Source of the DNA: a virus
Taxonomy: Duplodnaviria > Heunggongvirae > Uroviricota > Caudoviricetes
Virus record (IMG/VR): IMGVR_UViG_3300011008_000006
Length of the DNA stretch: 64,000 nt
Strand: one strand, 5' to 3'
Shown: positions 32,460 to 41,591 of the stretch, piece by piece
Layout: every line of letters begins with the position of its first letter
How positions within the stretch are numbered: the first letter of the stretch is position 1
Translations under genes and position numbers: made by a program
The notes under the pieces: model-generated
What the model was told of the DNA's origin: nothing
Databases searched by the model: none
What the model saw: only the letters and a program-made list of their open reading frames with translations

Positions 32460-32812
32460 TATTTATTATCCTCCGTACCATACTTATCAATAATAACTTC
32501 CCAATTCTCTGGATGATTATTAATTTCATCAACAGGAGTGTCTTCTTTTAGTTTATATACTTCAAATAGAGCATCCTCTTCAATTAATTCCCAAAGATAA
32601 TCACTATATTCTTCAGTAGTAGAATTAAAGCGCTCTTCAGCCTTTTCTTCAAGCTCATCCATCACACAAGAATATGATTGAACCACATCCAAAGCCATTT
32701 CATATCCCATTTCGCATGCTTCATCATAATCACCTTCAAAGCATACCCAATCTTCTACATTATTAGAACCGCCATATATTTCATCATAAGCTACAATTAA
32801 ATATTTTGCCAT
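32459..32812 (-). CDS. acidic hypothetical protein
   Basis: 117 aa ORF. Confidence 0.35.
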   Translation of the reverse strand: MAKYLIVAYDEIYGGSNNVEDWVCFEGDYDEACEMGYEMALDVVQSYSCVMDELEEKAEERFNSTTEEYSDYLWELIEEDALFEVYKLKEDTPVDEINNHPENWEVIIDKYGTEDNK

Positions 32813-33225
32813 TCTTCTCTCTCCTTTGTATATACATCTTGAATTTGTTTCATATCGTTATTAGAAATTCCGCCACATATATATTTTTCGTAAAGATTCC
32901 AACAACAAATTTCTAAATAAATATCGTCCATTTTTTCTGGATAAACATCTACTAAATTAAGAAGTTCCCAATCAGGCTTTAGGGCTACAATTTTATTCCA
33001 TACGCTATCCATAGTACGATAACCACGATGTGTCATTTCTTGACGCACATAATAGGCATAAGAGATAAAGTGGTTATAATCATAATTAAGTACAAAATTT
33101 ACGAGAAGATGATTTGGAGTTCCATTCTTCTGAATGGCTCCTGCAATTGCAGATAATTCTCTCCAAGCCGCAACTAATTGTTCTCGTGGTAAAACTTTGA
33201 TAAGTGATGTATGCCATAGCCTCAT
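32797..33225 (-). CDS. pyrimidine-dimer DNA glycosylase-like (T4 endonuclease V/DenV-like)
   Basis: N-terminus LPREQLVAAWRELSAIAGAI parallels DenV [20 protein letters not shown]. Confidence 0.45.
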   Translation of the reverse strand: MRLWHTSLIKVLPREQLVAAWRELSAIAGAIQKNGTPNHLLVNFVLNYDYNHFISYAYYVRQEMTHRGYRTMDSVWNKIVALKPDWELLNLVDVYPEKMDDIYLEICCWNLYEKYICGGISNNDMKQIQDVYTKEREEWQNI

Positions 33226-33446
33226 TAATTACTATCCTCCAAATAATCTTCACTATGTATATCAATATTACAACCCGCAAGCTTTTCTAGAGCAGTAGTA
33301 ATTCGAGCGAAAGTTTCGATTTTTAATATTTCATACATTTCATCTTGTGCTTTTTTAAGTATTGCTTTTTCTATGTCATTGTCAGTTTTAAGATATGTTT
33401 CTGCGAAAGTTGTACCAATTTTATGCACCATTTCATACCAAGTCAT
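33225..33446 (-). CDS. hypothetical protein
   Basis: 73 aa ORF. Confidence 0.3.
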   Translation of the reverse strand: MTWYEMVHKIGTTFAETYLKTDNDIEKAILKKAQDEMYEILKIETFARITTALEKLAGCNIDIHSEDYLEDSN

Positions 33447-33472
33447 ACTATCTATCTCCTTTCTTATATAAA

Positions 33473-33501
33473 AATTATATTATAATTTTAAGAAAAAGTC
33501 A
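33473..33501 (-). promoter_or_regulatory. consensus promoter for the PurA/PurZ-like gene
   Basis: attata 33473-33478; agtcaa 33496-33501. Confidence 0.6.
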
Positions 33502-34575
33502 ATTATATAATTCAATATGAGTTTTATTATCAGAAACGTATAAATTAGTACAAAAATCTGGTTTTACAATTTCTTGCTGTCCGTTAATTGTTTCAATTTT
33601 ATTATCTGTATAATTTAATTGTGTAAATATTAAATTAATATTTGCTTTATTAGGGTATTTACTTGCATCATTTTGAACACGTTTATATAGAGTATCCAAA
33701 TTAACACGACCAAAACGAAGATTACCTTGCCACGGATTTGGTTGATTAACTAAATCAACAATATCAGGATTAATATCTTCTTTTAAACACTCCGCTTCCA
33801 TTGGTCCCGCGCCATGTCTAGTCATATAAGTGCGTGAAACATAATATAAATCTGGAATACAATTTAATTTAGCAATATCTTGTGCAATATTAAATACACC
33901 TACGCAAGATGGCGTCAAATGTGGGAAATCATCTTTATTGGTTTGATCTAATAGTAATCCTTGTCCACCTTCATAAATAATTGTATCATAATGATTTTTC
34001 TTTAATAGCTCTTTAAAATCAATAATTTCACAAGTATTTACAATATATGTAGTGGCGCGCATAAAATTATCCATATTGTAAATTTCATCATAGTCTTGAT
34101 TCCCAATTTCACGTAATTTATTATATAAATAATATGGTTGTGATAACATTTCTGCGAAAACAACCTTATCTAATCTTATACTACGCGTTACTGCCGCAAA
34201 AAGGCCGAAACCACATGAACCATGACGTTTATCGCCGCGTGAAGTTTCTAATTTTCTATTAGCAGCAATATCACAAGGAAGAATTAAGCGACAATTTGGA
34301 CTAAGATAGACTTTTGATTGAGTAAGCCAAAGTGTAATAGGGTCAACTACGAACATAGAATGATAGTAGGTATCGCTACCAAATTCTTCTCCTGCGGCTA
34401 AACAATGACGAACAGTATCTCCAAAACTATGCGCACGTTGTACAGTGCCATTATAAAATACAGTTAAAATTTTCTTATTCTCTTTTGCGGCTTCACGAGC
34501 AAGATTACCAGAAACTAAGCCTTTTCCTTCATCGCCGTAGTTGGCCCCGATTACAACTTTAACTTCCATTACCAA
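33499..34575 (-). CDS. adenylosuccinate synthetase homolog (short, archaeal-type; PurA/PurZ-like)
   Basis: P-loop YGDEGKG, EGGQGLLLD, YMTRHGAGPMEAE (matches YSTRVGAGPFPTE) and GNLRFGRVNLD (matches GRRRCGWLD). Only 358 aa. The guanine-binding TKLDVLD of bacterial PurA reads TQLNYTD here. Confidence 0.65.
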   Translation of the reverse strand: MVMEVKVVIGANYGDEGKGLVSGNLAREAAKENKKILTVFYNGTVQRAHSFGDTVRHCLAAGEEFGSDTYYHSMFVVDPITLWLTQSKVYLSPNCRLILPCDIAANRKLETSRGDKRHGSCGFGLFAAVTRSIRLDKVVFAEMLSQPYYLYNKLREIGNQDYDEIYNMDNFMRATTYIVNTCEIIDFKELLKKNHYDTIIYEGGQGLLLDQTNKDDFPHLTPSCVGVFNIAQDIAKLNCIPDLYYVSRTYMTRHGAGPMEAECLKEDINPDIVDLVNQPNPWQGNLRFGRVNLDTLYKRVQNDASKYPNKANINLIFTQLNYTDNKIETINGQQEIVKPDFCTNLYVSDNKTHIELYN

Positions 34576-35417
34576 CTAATTCCTTCCTCTGTTACAGTAA
34601 TAGCATTTGAATAATTGTTTTCATGTTCTGCTACAATTTCGCTGATAATTTTCGGAAGTTCATCACTAGTGGCAATGATTAAATGCTGATTTAGTAATTT
34701 ACCCCAAGAATTTTTAATTTCATCTCTATAGCGATTATAACAACTATTGTTTGTAATAGCAATATGATATACATCATATTTTTCACAAACTTCTTTATAT
34801 AAAATTTCAGTATCAACATCTTGAGTTGAAGTACCCAAAACTTCACTTAAGCGGCGTCCTGGCAGATAAGGATTTAGAGGTTCATCTCCCATTGTGATAA
34901 TAATACCTTTCTTGCCACGTTTCCAACAATCTAATTTAGTATTATGAAGTCCGAAATACCAAGCAGCGGTATAAGATTCATAAGCATTACCACCACCACC
35001 GCCTTCAAAATAAACTTTAGTAGTCTGATCTAAAATACGAATATCAGATTCAAACTGAGAAGCTTGAATAGGAGCATCATCACAAGCGAGGTCGCCAATT
35101 CCCATCATTAAGAACTCTACATCCTTAACCTTATTATAAAGTTCTTGCATAATTTCATCTAGTTTACTCGCACACATAGTCGCGGCGGAACCCATACTAC
35201 CAGTTACATCAAGTGCAAGAATAACAGGAATTGTTTCTGGATGCTCTTCTGTGTCTAAGCATTCACGTACTACATTCTTAGGGTTAAGTAAAGGGTTTAG
35301 CCGATTTTCACGATAAACTTCTTGCACATTAGCAGAAGCCATAGCGGTTGTTGAGCTAAATCCCATAGTTCTGACTGCGGTATTGTAAGAAGCAGAAGTC
35401 CAAGAACCCCATCCCAT
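34569..35417 (-). CDS. von Willebrand factor A (vWA) domain protein
   Basis: MIDAS motif ILALDVTGSMG. Confidence 0.55.
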   Translation of the reverse strand: MGWGSWTSASYNTAVRTMGFSSTTAMASANVQEVYRENRLNPLLNPKNVVRECLDTEEHPETIPVILALDVTGSMGSAATMCASKLDEIMQELYNKVKDVEFLMMGIGDLACDDAPIQASQFESDIRILDQTTKVYFEGGGGGNAYESYTAAWYFGLHNTKLDCWKRGKKGIIITMGDEPLNPYLPGRRLSEVLGTSTQDVDTEILYKEVCEKYDVYHIAITNNSCYNRYRDEIKNSWGKLLNQHLIIATSDELPKIISEIVAEHENNYSNAITVTEEGISW

Positions 35418-35419
35418 AA

Positions 35420-36004
35420 TTACTTGTCCTCCTCAATTTCTTCATCAAAGTTAAACATATTATCCATGAAATTAGTACCACCATTCATAAACATCATCAT
35501 AGGAAGCATACTACCAAAATTACTGAGATTATTATTATTATTATTTCCTTTGAACATTTCAGTCATCATCATGTATTTCATTAAGTTGTTCATTCCATTT
35601 TTGCCTTCCATCATATTGCCAAACATGGATACAATCTTACCATAAAAATACTGTTTACCCATAAATACATGATGTTCTGGAACAATAGTTCCAATAGTTC
35701 CATCTTCATAACAGAAGGTTTTAATTTCATTATCGCCCACGTCAATTACGCAACGAGGACGTCCGCCCGCGAGAATAATATCACCCTTTGCTACTTTATT
35801 AGTAGGAATAATAAAGAACCAATCCTCACCAATATCAAGCGCAAAGTTATCGCAGTTAGTTAATGTATTTGTATTTACATTATAAGTTTTATAACCGTTG
35901 GAAGTTTTAATAGCGATTTCGCCATTAATAGATACACGACACATACCGGGAGCAACCTTACCAAACATTCCATTAAATAAATTATTCATTTTTATTTCCT
36001 CCAT
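35420..36004 (-). CDS. hypothetical protein with Met/Asn-rich C-terminus
   Basis: 194 aa ORF. Confidence 0.35.
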   Translation of the reverse strand: MEEIKMNNLFNGMFGKVAPGMCRVSINGEIAIKTSNGYKTYNVNTNTLTNCDNFALDIGEDWFFIIPTNKVAKGDIILAGGRPRCVIDVGDNEIKTFCYEDGTIGTIVPEHHVFMGKQYFYGKIVSMFGNMMEGKNGMNNLMKYMMMTEMFKGNNNNNNLSNFGSMLPMMMFMNGGTNFMDNMFNFDEEIEEDK

Positions 36005-36007
36005 AAA

Positions 36008-37369
36008 TTAAGTTAATTCTTGTGCCTCTTCAATATCAGGAGCAGTAGCTTCATCCTTCGCAATACCTTCCAGTACTTTAAAAGAGAAGTTCTTATGCTT
36101 ATATACAGCAAAGTTAGAACGGTTCAAGATACGAGCGACAACACCTTCGCGTACATGGGTTTTACCAATTGGGTCAGGACCGTCAAAGTATTCTTCTACG
36201 CGACGAAGTACATATTCACCTGGATTTACAGGAATATAATCACCATGAAGGCCAGGCACAGAGTCAGGCACGAAGAAGCGACAAAATTCAGGTACAACAT
36301 TTACGCCCATTTGTTCGCAACGCTCACGAATTTGGTCAGGAGAATATTCAACTACATCGCCATCTTCGTTTACCATAGTCATACGATAAACATATACTTC
36401 ACAACAAGGTGCTTCTATTGCAGTTTCTTCCCAAGGTCCATGCTGATCACAGCCATATGCAAAAGTAGTAGTGTCTCCATATAGCTTAGTAAATTCTGGA
36501 TCTTTTACTTTGTTATTGGCAACCTGGCTCATAATAGGTGCTCCATCTGGGCCCTGGAAACCTACAATTTCGTAATATACTACTTCACCCTTATGAAGTT
36601 TTCCTTCAAACTTTGCTGCCATTGCATGACGGAAATCATCACTTTCATAGAAACCGCCATTGCGTATTCCATCAAGTACCACGCGACGAGTACCAGTAAT
36701 ATAGCCATATTCCATATAGTCCTTACCATGACGATGGAACAATTTATCAAGCCAAGTGCGCTTAGTATGAAGTAAAGGTAAATAGCCAGTACGCCCTGAA
36801 GTTCCGTGCATTTTTAGAGTGAGTTGTACTAGGTCACCAGGCTTAAATACATCTAGATTATAAGCGAGCTGCGCAGTATCTACATGTTCGTAGAAGGTAG
36901 GCGCAATATTAGCTTTTGCCTTTTTAGTGGCATTAGCTCCGTGACTGCGAGAATAAGTATTCGCGCGAGGAATATATTTCTGACAAATTAGTTCACCATT
37001 AACAGTATCAATAGTATCTCCAACCTTTAGATCAGAAATCTTACAAAAATCAGCAAGAGAAGTCAAAGGCATAAAAAGACCGTCAGATTTTTCGCCGCGA
37101 AGCTTTAGTGCCTTAATGTTGCGCTTATCGGGGTCAAGATAACCGCCACAAGGTTTACCATTTTCATCTTTACGCCGCACTAGGTCATTTACAGCGCAAT
37201 AACGCTCGGAGAGTTGACCGTCTACAGGGAAATAAATTCCCTTATCTCCAATATGAGTATCAAGACTTACAATAGTATCATTACCAAAGAAGGTAGCAAT
37301 TTGCAGTCTATCAGCATTAGAATGTTTACGAAGTTCTTTTACTTCAACAATATATCCACAATAAGGCAT
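36008..37369 (-). CDS. RNA ligase (Rnl2-like KxHG nucleotidyltransferase) fused to an N-terminal tRNA-binding (Trbp111/EMAP-like) domain
   Basis: N-terminal HSNADRLQIA...GDKG OB-type tRNA-binding motif, then motif I LKMHGTSGR; 453 aa. Confidence 0.5.
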   Translation of the reverse strand: MPYCGYIVEVKELRKHSNADRLQIATFFGNDTIVSLDTHIGDKGIYFPVDGQLSERYCAVNDLVRRKDENGKPCGGYLDPDKRNIKALKLRGEKSDGLFMPLTSLADFCKISDLKVGDTIDTVNGELICQKYIPRANTYSRSHGANATKKAKANIAPTFYEHVDTAQLAYNLDVFKPGDLVQLTLKMHGTSGRTGYLPLLHTKRTWLDKLFHRHGKDYMEYGYITGTRRVVLDGIRNGGFYESDDFRHAMAAKFEGKLHKGEVVYYEIVGFQGPDGAPIMSQVANNKVKDPEFTKLYGDTTTFAYGCDQHGPWEETAIEAPCCEVYVYRMTMVNEDGDVVEYSPDQIRERCEQMGVNVVPEFCRFFVPDSVPGLHGDYIPVNPGEYVLRRVEEYFDGPDPIGKTHVREGVVARILNRSNFAVYKHKNFSFKVLEGIAKDEATAPDIEEAQELT

Positions 37370-37383
37370 TTATATCATTCCTT

Positions 37384-37599
37384 TCAATCAATAGAATAAG
37401 AGCTTATCTTCTTATCAATTGATATTTTAATTGTTACTTTAATTTCTTCCGCGGCAGATTCTGACCAAATACGACCATGAAAAATATATCCATTAGAACT
37501 TGGATCAAAATACGGTTCATAAGAGTCAATAGTATCAACAAATTCACTTACGCGTTCTTGTACTTCATCAAGTAACCAATCTTTATATTCATTACTCAT
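37384..37599 (-). CDS. hypothetical protein
   Basis: 71 aa ORF. Confidence 0.3.
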   Translation of the reverse strand: MSNEYKDWLLDEVQERVSEFVDTIDSYEPYFDPSSNGYIFHGRIWSESAAEEIKVTIKISIDKKISSYSID

Positions 37600-37846
37600 T
37601 TACAGTACCTCGTAGATATTTTAAAATTGTAACTACTGATTTACCTAATTCAGCATATTCACTATTTTCTTTAACAAATTGAGCATCTTTAATAGCTGCA
37701 GTTTTTAATTCCATGTATTCTCTTTCAAGATTATGTAATTTTTCTAATGTTTTATTAAGTTCTTCTTTATCTTCATTTTTAGCTTTCGTATAGCCTTCTA
37801 AAAAGTCTGGGCTATATGAAGACTGTGATTCTGTTGCCATTACCAA
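37592..37846 (-). CDS. hypothetical protein
   Basis: 84 aa ORF. Confidence 0.3.
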   Translation of the reverse strand: MVMATESQSSYSPDFLEGYTKAKNEDKEELNKTLEKLHNLEREYMELKTAAIKDAQFVKENSEYAELGKSVVTILKYLRGTVNE

Positions 37847-38112
37847 ATGTCCTCCGAAAATAAACTTTTATTAGTTTTATCTATTTGTTTTAGTTGTCTA
37901 CATTGATAGGCTTCTTCCCAAGCCTCTCGACGGTTTAAAAATTCACCTTTGTGATTTAAAAAACCCTGTTCTATTTCTTTATATTCTTTATGCGGTGTAT
38001 AACCAAATGCTTTTAAAATAATATACAAGTCACCGTGACGCATTAAAGGAATAATTAATTCTTTCCCATCTTGACGGTAATCTTTAATTTTCGTCGCGGC
38101 CTTTGTAATCAT
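37840..38112 (-). CDS. hypothetical protein
   Basis: 90 aa ORF. Confidence 0.3.
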   Translation of the reverse strand: MITKAATKIKDYRQDGKELIIPLMRHGDLYIILKAFGYTPHKEYKEIEQGFLNHKGEFLNRREAWEEAYQCRQLKQIDKTNKSLFSEDIW

Positions 38113-38374
38113 TATATAGCTCCTTATCTACCCAAAAATATTCGGAATGAGAGCCTACATCATACCAAGTCCTACCATTTTCACTCCATACGCGGGTATA
38201 ATAAGATTTAAATTGTTTTTCTTTTGGTTTATTTTTATTACAATTATCAATAAATTTCTTAATCTCTTGCGAAATTTCTTCTAGTGTTTTAACTTCTGCA
38301 ATAACACGAGATTCGCCGTATGAATTTTCAAAATAAAGTTTCATATTATTTACTCTCCTTACAATACCATACAA
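38084..38374 (-). CDS. hypothetical protein
   Basis: 96 aa ORF. Confidence 0.3.
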   Translation of the reverse strand: MYGIVRRVNNMKLYFENSYGESRVIAEVKTLEEISQEIKKFIDNCNKNKPKEKQFKSYYTRVWSENGRTWYDVGSHSEYFWVDKELYNDYKGRDEN

Positions 38375-39275
38375 TAGTTTGTTTTACACCATTATAGTCA
38401 CTGTGGTTTTTAACTTTCATTTTAAGTTTAAGAACTTTACCTTCTTCAAGGTTTTTAGAACCTGTAGTCCAAACATACTCATTTCCATCTTCATCATGAA
38501 GAATATGCATATGAGAATCACCATAACTATTGGAGAAGGAAATATTTTTAATAACTTTTACTTCAATAGGTTCAAGCCAATCACCAATGATACCTTGCCA
38601 TTGACTTTTACTTTCACCAACAGTAAGACTAACAACAATTTTATGCGCGTCTTCGTTACTAATCATTTGCAGATTTTCTTCATCATCTATATTGCGTACT
38701 TGTTCCCATTGAAGTACGGCAGAATGAATTTTAGAAGGAATAATAAGACCTTCAATCATTTTGGTAGAAGGAATAAACCAACCAAAGGTATTGTTATACC
38801 ACACAGTATGTTCGGGCAAATCTTCGCGCCACTTTTTGATAGTATCATTATCACCATAGATGAGAGTAATATAACCTTTTTCACCAAAACCAAAAGCATT
38901 ACGCGCGGCGGACTTAATACGGCGCTCTTCTTGTTTTACAGCCGCGGCGGCCTTGCGCTTTTCAGTGGCTTTATCCATAGTCGCACGTTGAGCATCAGTA
39001 TACCAACGTACAATCATAGAAGTTTTACCGGTACCATTACAGCCGAAACAAGTGGTACCATCCATAGGATTATAAGAGTAATGGCCGCTACCACCGCAAC
39101 GCTTACAAGGACCAATTACTTTTACATACATTTTCCCATCTTCTTTGTAAGGCTCGCCACAGATTGTCATATTTTCATAAGATTTCGCAACAGCCATTTC
39201 ATTTCTCCCCTTTCCTCTTATATATCTATTATAACACAAATTTGGGTAAAAATCAAATAATAAAATTTTATTCAA
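38346..39275 (-). CDS. hypothetical protein with N-terminal zinc ribbon
   Basis: CKRCGGSGHY...CFGCNGTGK. The true start is probably internal (MAVAK behind an RBS). Confidence 0.35.
   Translation of the reverse strand: MNKILLFDFYPNLCYNRYIRGKGRNEMAVAKSYENMTICGEPYKEDGKMYVKVIGPCKRCGGSGHYSYNPMDGTTCFGCNGTGKTSMIVRWYTDAQRATMDKATEKRKAAAAVKQEERRIKSAARNAFGFGEKGYITLIYGDNDTIKKWREDLPEHTVWYNNTFGWFIPSTKMIEGLIIPSKIHSAVLQWEQVRNIDDEENLQMISNEDAHKIVVSLTVGESKSQWQGIIGDWLEPIEVKVIKNISFSNSYGDSHMHILHDEDGNEYVWTTGSKNLEEGKVLKLKMKVKNHSDYNGVKQTIVWYCKESK
39229..39256 (-). promoter_or_regulatory. promoter variant (TTGATT -35) for gene 38346..39275
   Basis: attata about 39229-39234; aatcaa about 39251-39256. Confidence 0.45.
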
Positions 39276-39474
39276 TTTTTACCCAAATTAAAATTTGATT
39301 TGCTTCTTGTTCTATATCAATCGGTAATTTATCTATTGTTTCAAATGAAGCAATATAAGTAAGATTTTTAACTTTTATTACAAACATTATATCTTGTGAT
39401 GTAGAATATAAGTTAATTATATTTTTATAAAAGTTTTCAATAGGATAATTTTCTTTCGCGCATTTCCATTTCAT
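39268..39474 (-). CDS. hypothetical protein
   Basis: 68 aa ORF. Confidence 0.25.
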   Translation of the reverse strand: MKWKCAKENYPIENFYKNIINLYSTSQDIMFVIKVKNLTYIASFETIDKLPIDIEQEANQILIWVKIE

Positions 39475-40070
39475 TTATTAGCCTCCCATACATCTTGAAG
39501 ATAACCATTTTTAATTAAATCTTCTGGAGAAGGGAAAGTAAAATCTAAATAATGATGTGCTTCTGCCTGGGCAAGATCAGAAAAAATAATATCAAGCATT
39601 TTTTTATTTTTCTCATTCATGGCTTTATTATTTATTTCTCTATCTTTTTTCCACCATTCATATTCATTATTATATGAAAAAGTATCTTTAGTATAAGCTC
39701 TTGCCGCGCCTAAAAAATCACAGACTAATTCTACAAAATCATCTTTAGGCATAGGATAAACGGTTGTTCCTTCACTAAAATTATCAGTCCAATAAGCCCA
39801 ATGATGACGATTTCGTCCTTTGTGATGAAGCCATGCTTTTGAATATCCTTGCTCTTTTTTTGCTTCATTAATGGGAGAACTAATTCCTACATAAAATTTA
39901 ACACTTTCCCAAAATTCAATAGGAGAATATTTGGATAAATCATGTGTTAAACCACGCCAAGGAATACCAGCAAGAAAACAATAATGCCTAACCCATTTAC
40001 GATGGGTTTGAATTTTACGTAAATGCGCGAAAGTATTTTTTAAAGTAATTTTTTTCATGGTGTTCTCCAT
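39471..40070 (-). CDS. putative HD-domain-like metal-dependent phosphohydrolase
   Basis: H...THD...WLHHKGRNRHHW...D pattern; assignment is tentative. Confidence 0.35.
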   Translation of the reverse strand: MENTMKKITLKNTFAHLRKIQTHRKWVRHYCFLAGIPWRGLTHDLSKYSPIEFWESVKFYVGISSPINEAKKEQGYSKAWLHHKGRNRHHWAYWTDNFSEGTTVYPMPKDDFVELVCDFLGAARAYTKDTFSYNNEYEWWKKDREINNKAMNEKNKKMLDIIFSDLAQAEAHHYLDFTFPSPEDLIKNGYLQDVWEANK

Positions 40071-40867
40071 ACTAATCCATTTAATTCAAAATATTTATTA
40101 AATAATTTATATTCAAATCTATCAATATTATGCTCGGCTAAATATTCAATTCTTTTTTCTGCTTCACTTACTTGATAATATTTTTTAAAGGTATTTAAAT
40201 CATCTCTAATTTCTTCATATTTTTGTTTTAATTCTTCTTCAGTAAAATTTTCTGGATGATTTTTGGCTTTAAAAGCTATTTCTAATACTTTAGGATCAGG
40301 AATTAAATATTGAGAAGGAAAAGCACTGATATTTAAATATTTATCAAGTAAATTTTTTAATCGTAAAGCATGAGCATATTTTTTACCTAATGACATATTA
40401 CGCCCATGTAAACTGCCAACTGTTCCTGCGATTGCATCTACCATATTTTTATAATTACAATGAGTTAGATAAAATAGTGTATCGTCATTATTTAAATAAT
40501 TACTAAGTACTTCATCAAAAAAAGGATCATAAACTTTATAAGCACTTAAAAAACATTCTACACTATTAGGAGAAGATTTACGAAGTGAATTTAGGCCAAG
40601 ACGAATATCCCGAATATATGCCTTACTACCATCTGCTAAATTAATTTCTTTACTAATGAGTGGGCCACTATTAGTAATAAAATTTAAATAGCTAGGAAGA
40701 ACATATGAATATGTATCCACATCACTGTCAGCAGTATCTAAACAATAGTTTTGACTGCCTATCAAAACAGTCATTAGTACATATTGATAGCCGTATTCTT
40801 CCCCATAAGCCTTAACTAACTCGTGTTTGACTTTTACTAAGTTAAAAATTTCTTGTTTTTTTTCCAT
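40055..40867 (-). CDS. Pol-beta-superfamily nucleotidyltransferase
   Basis: GSQNYCLDTADSDVDTY matches GS...D.D. Start taken at MEKKQ (ATG 40865-40867, RBS AGAGG). Confidence 0.4.
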   Translation of the reverse strand: MEKKQEIFNLVKVKHELVKAYGEEYGYQYVLMTVLIGSQNYCLDTADSDVDTYSYVLPSYLNFITNSGPLISKEINLADGSKAYIRDIRLGLNSLRKSSPNSVECFLSAYKVYDPFFDEVLSNYLNNDDTLFYLTHCNYKNMVDAIAGTVGSLHGRNMSLGKKYAHALRLKNLLDKYLNISAFPSQYLIPDPKVLEIAFKAKNHPENFTEEELKQKYEEIRDDLNTFKKYYQVSEAEKRIEYLAEHNIDRFEYKLFNKYFELNGLVWRTP

Positions 40868-40868
40868 A

Positions 40869-41498
40869 TTATGCCTCTTTCTTCTCAAAACGCCACATAT
40901 ACGTACCATAAGACTGATTTTCCCTGATTGCCATAGCAATATGATCAAAGACATCTTTTTTAAGCGGAGTTTTCCCACCAAATTTAATTGCTTTTAAAAT
41001 GTCTTGATACTCATTTACTAACGTATCATTATAAAATAATTTAATTCTATTTTCTGTAAATAATTTTAATAAAATACTGCCAGATCTATTAGGGTCTTCA
41101 TTAAATTTTTTAATAATATCTTCAGTTTGTTCAATACACTCAATAGAATCTACCCTTAAATTTGTATGAGTATATTTGGCATAATCAGTATTTAATTGTA
41201 CTTCAATCCAGCGTAAATTTTTAATAGAATTATCACGTTTATTACTATTAATATGATCAATATTATATTTTTCGTTACGTTTACCACCAAGCCAAGTGTA
41301 AGCGACAAGTCTATGGACGAATTGCGGCCCTTTATTAGTAAATACAACACAATAACCCTCTTGATTAATACGAATATTTAAAAACTCTTTATTTTGAATA
41401 AGACGAATACGCCCGAGTGTACTTACATAAACTCCATACTCTTCATTTTTCTTCCATCTTTCTATAGAGATATGAATATTGGGGAGCATATAAATCAT
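40869..41498 (-). CDS. HNH homing endonuclease
   Basis: HRLVAYTW...IDHINSNKRDNSIKNLRW. Confidence 0.65.
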   Translation of the reverse strand: MIYMLPNIHISIERWKKNEEYGVYVSTLGRIRLIQNKEFLNIRINQEGYCVVFTNKGPQFVHRLVAYTWLGGKRNEKYNIDHINSNKRDNSIKNLRWIEVQLNTDYAKYTHTNLRVDSIECIEQTEDIIKKFNEDPNRSGSILLKLFTENRIKLFYNDTLVNEYQDILKAIKFGGKTPLKKDVFDHIAMAIRENQSYGTYMWRFEKKEA

Positions 41499-41523
41499 CC
41501 TTTCCTTTCTTTCTTACATATAT

Positions 41524-41552
41524 ATTATATCATAAATTTCAAAAAAAATCAA
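41524..41552 (-). promoter_or_regulatory. promoter variant (TTGATT-17-TATAAT) for the HNH endonuclease gene
   Basis: attata 41524-41529; aatcaa 41547-41552. Confidence 0.5.
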
Positions 41553-41591
41553 GGGTTAGATTTTTAAAATCTAACCCATATTTAATTTTTA

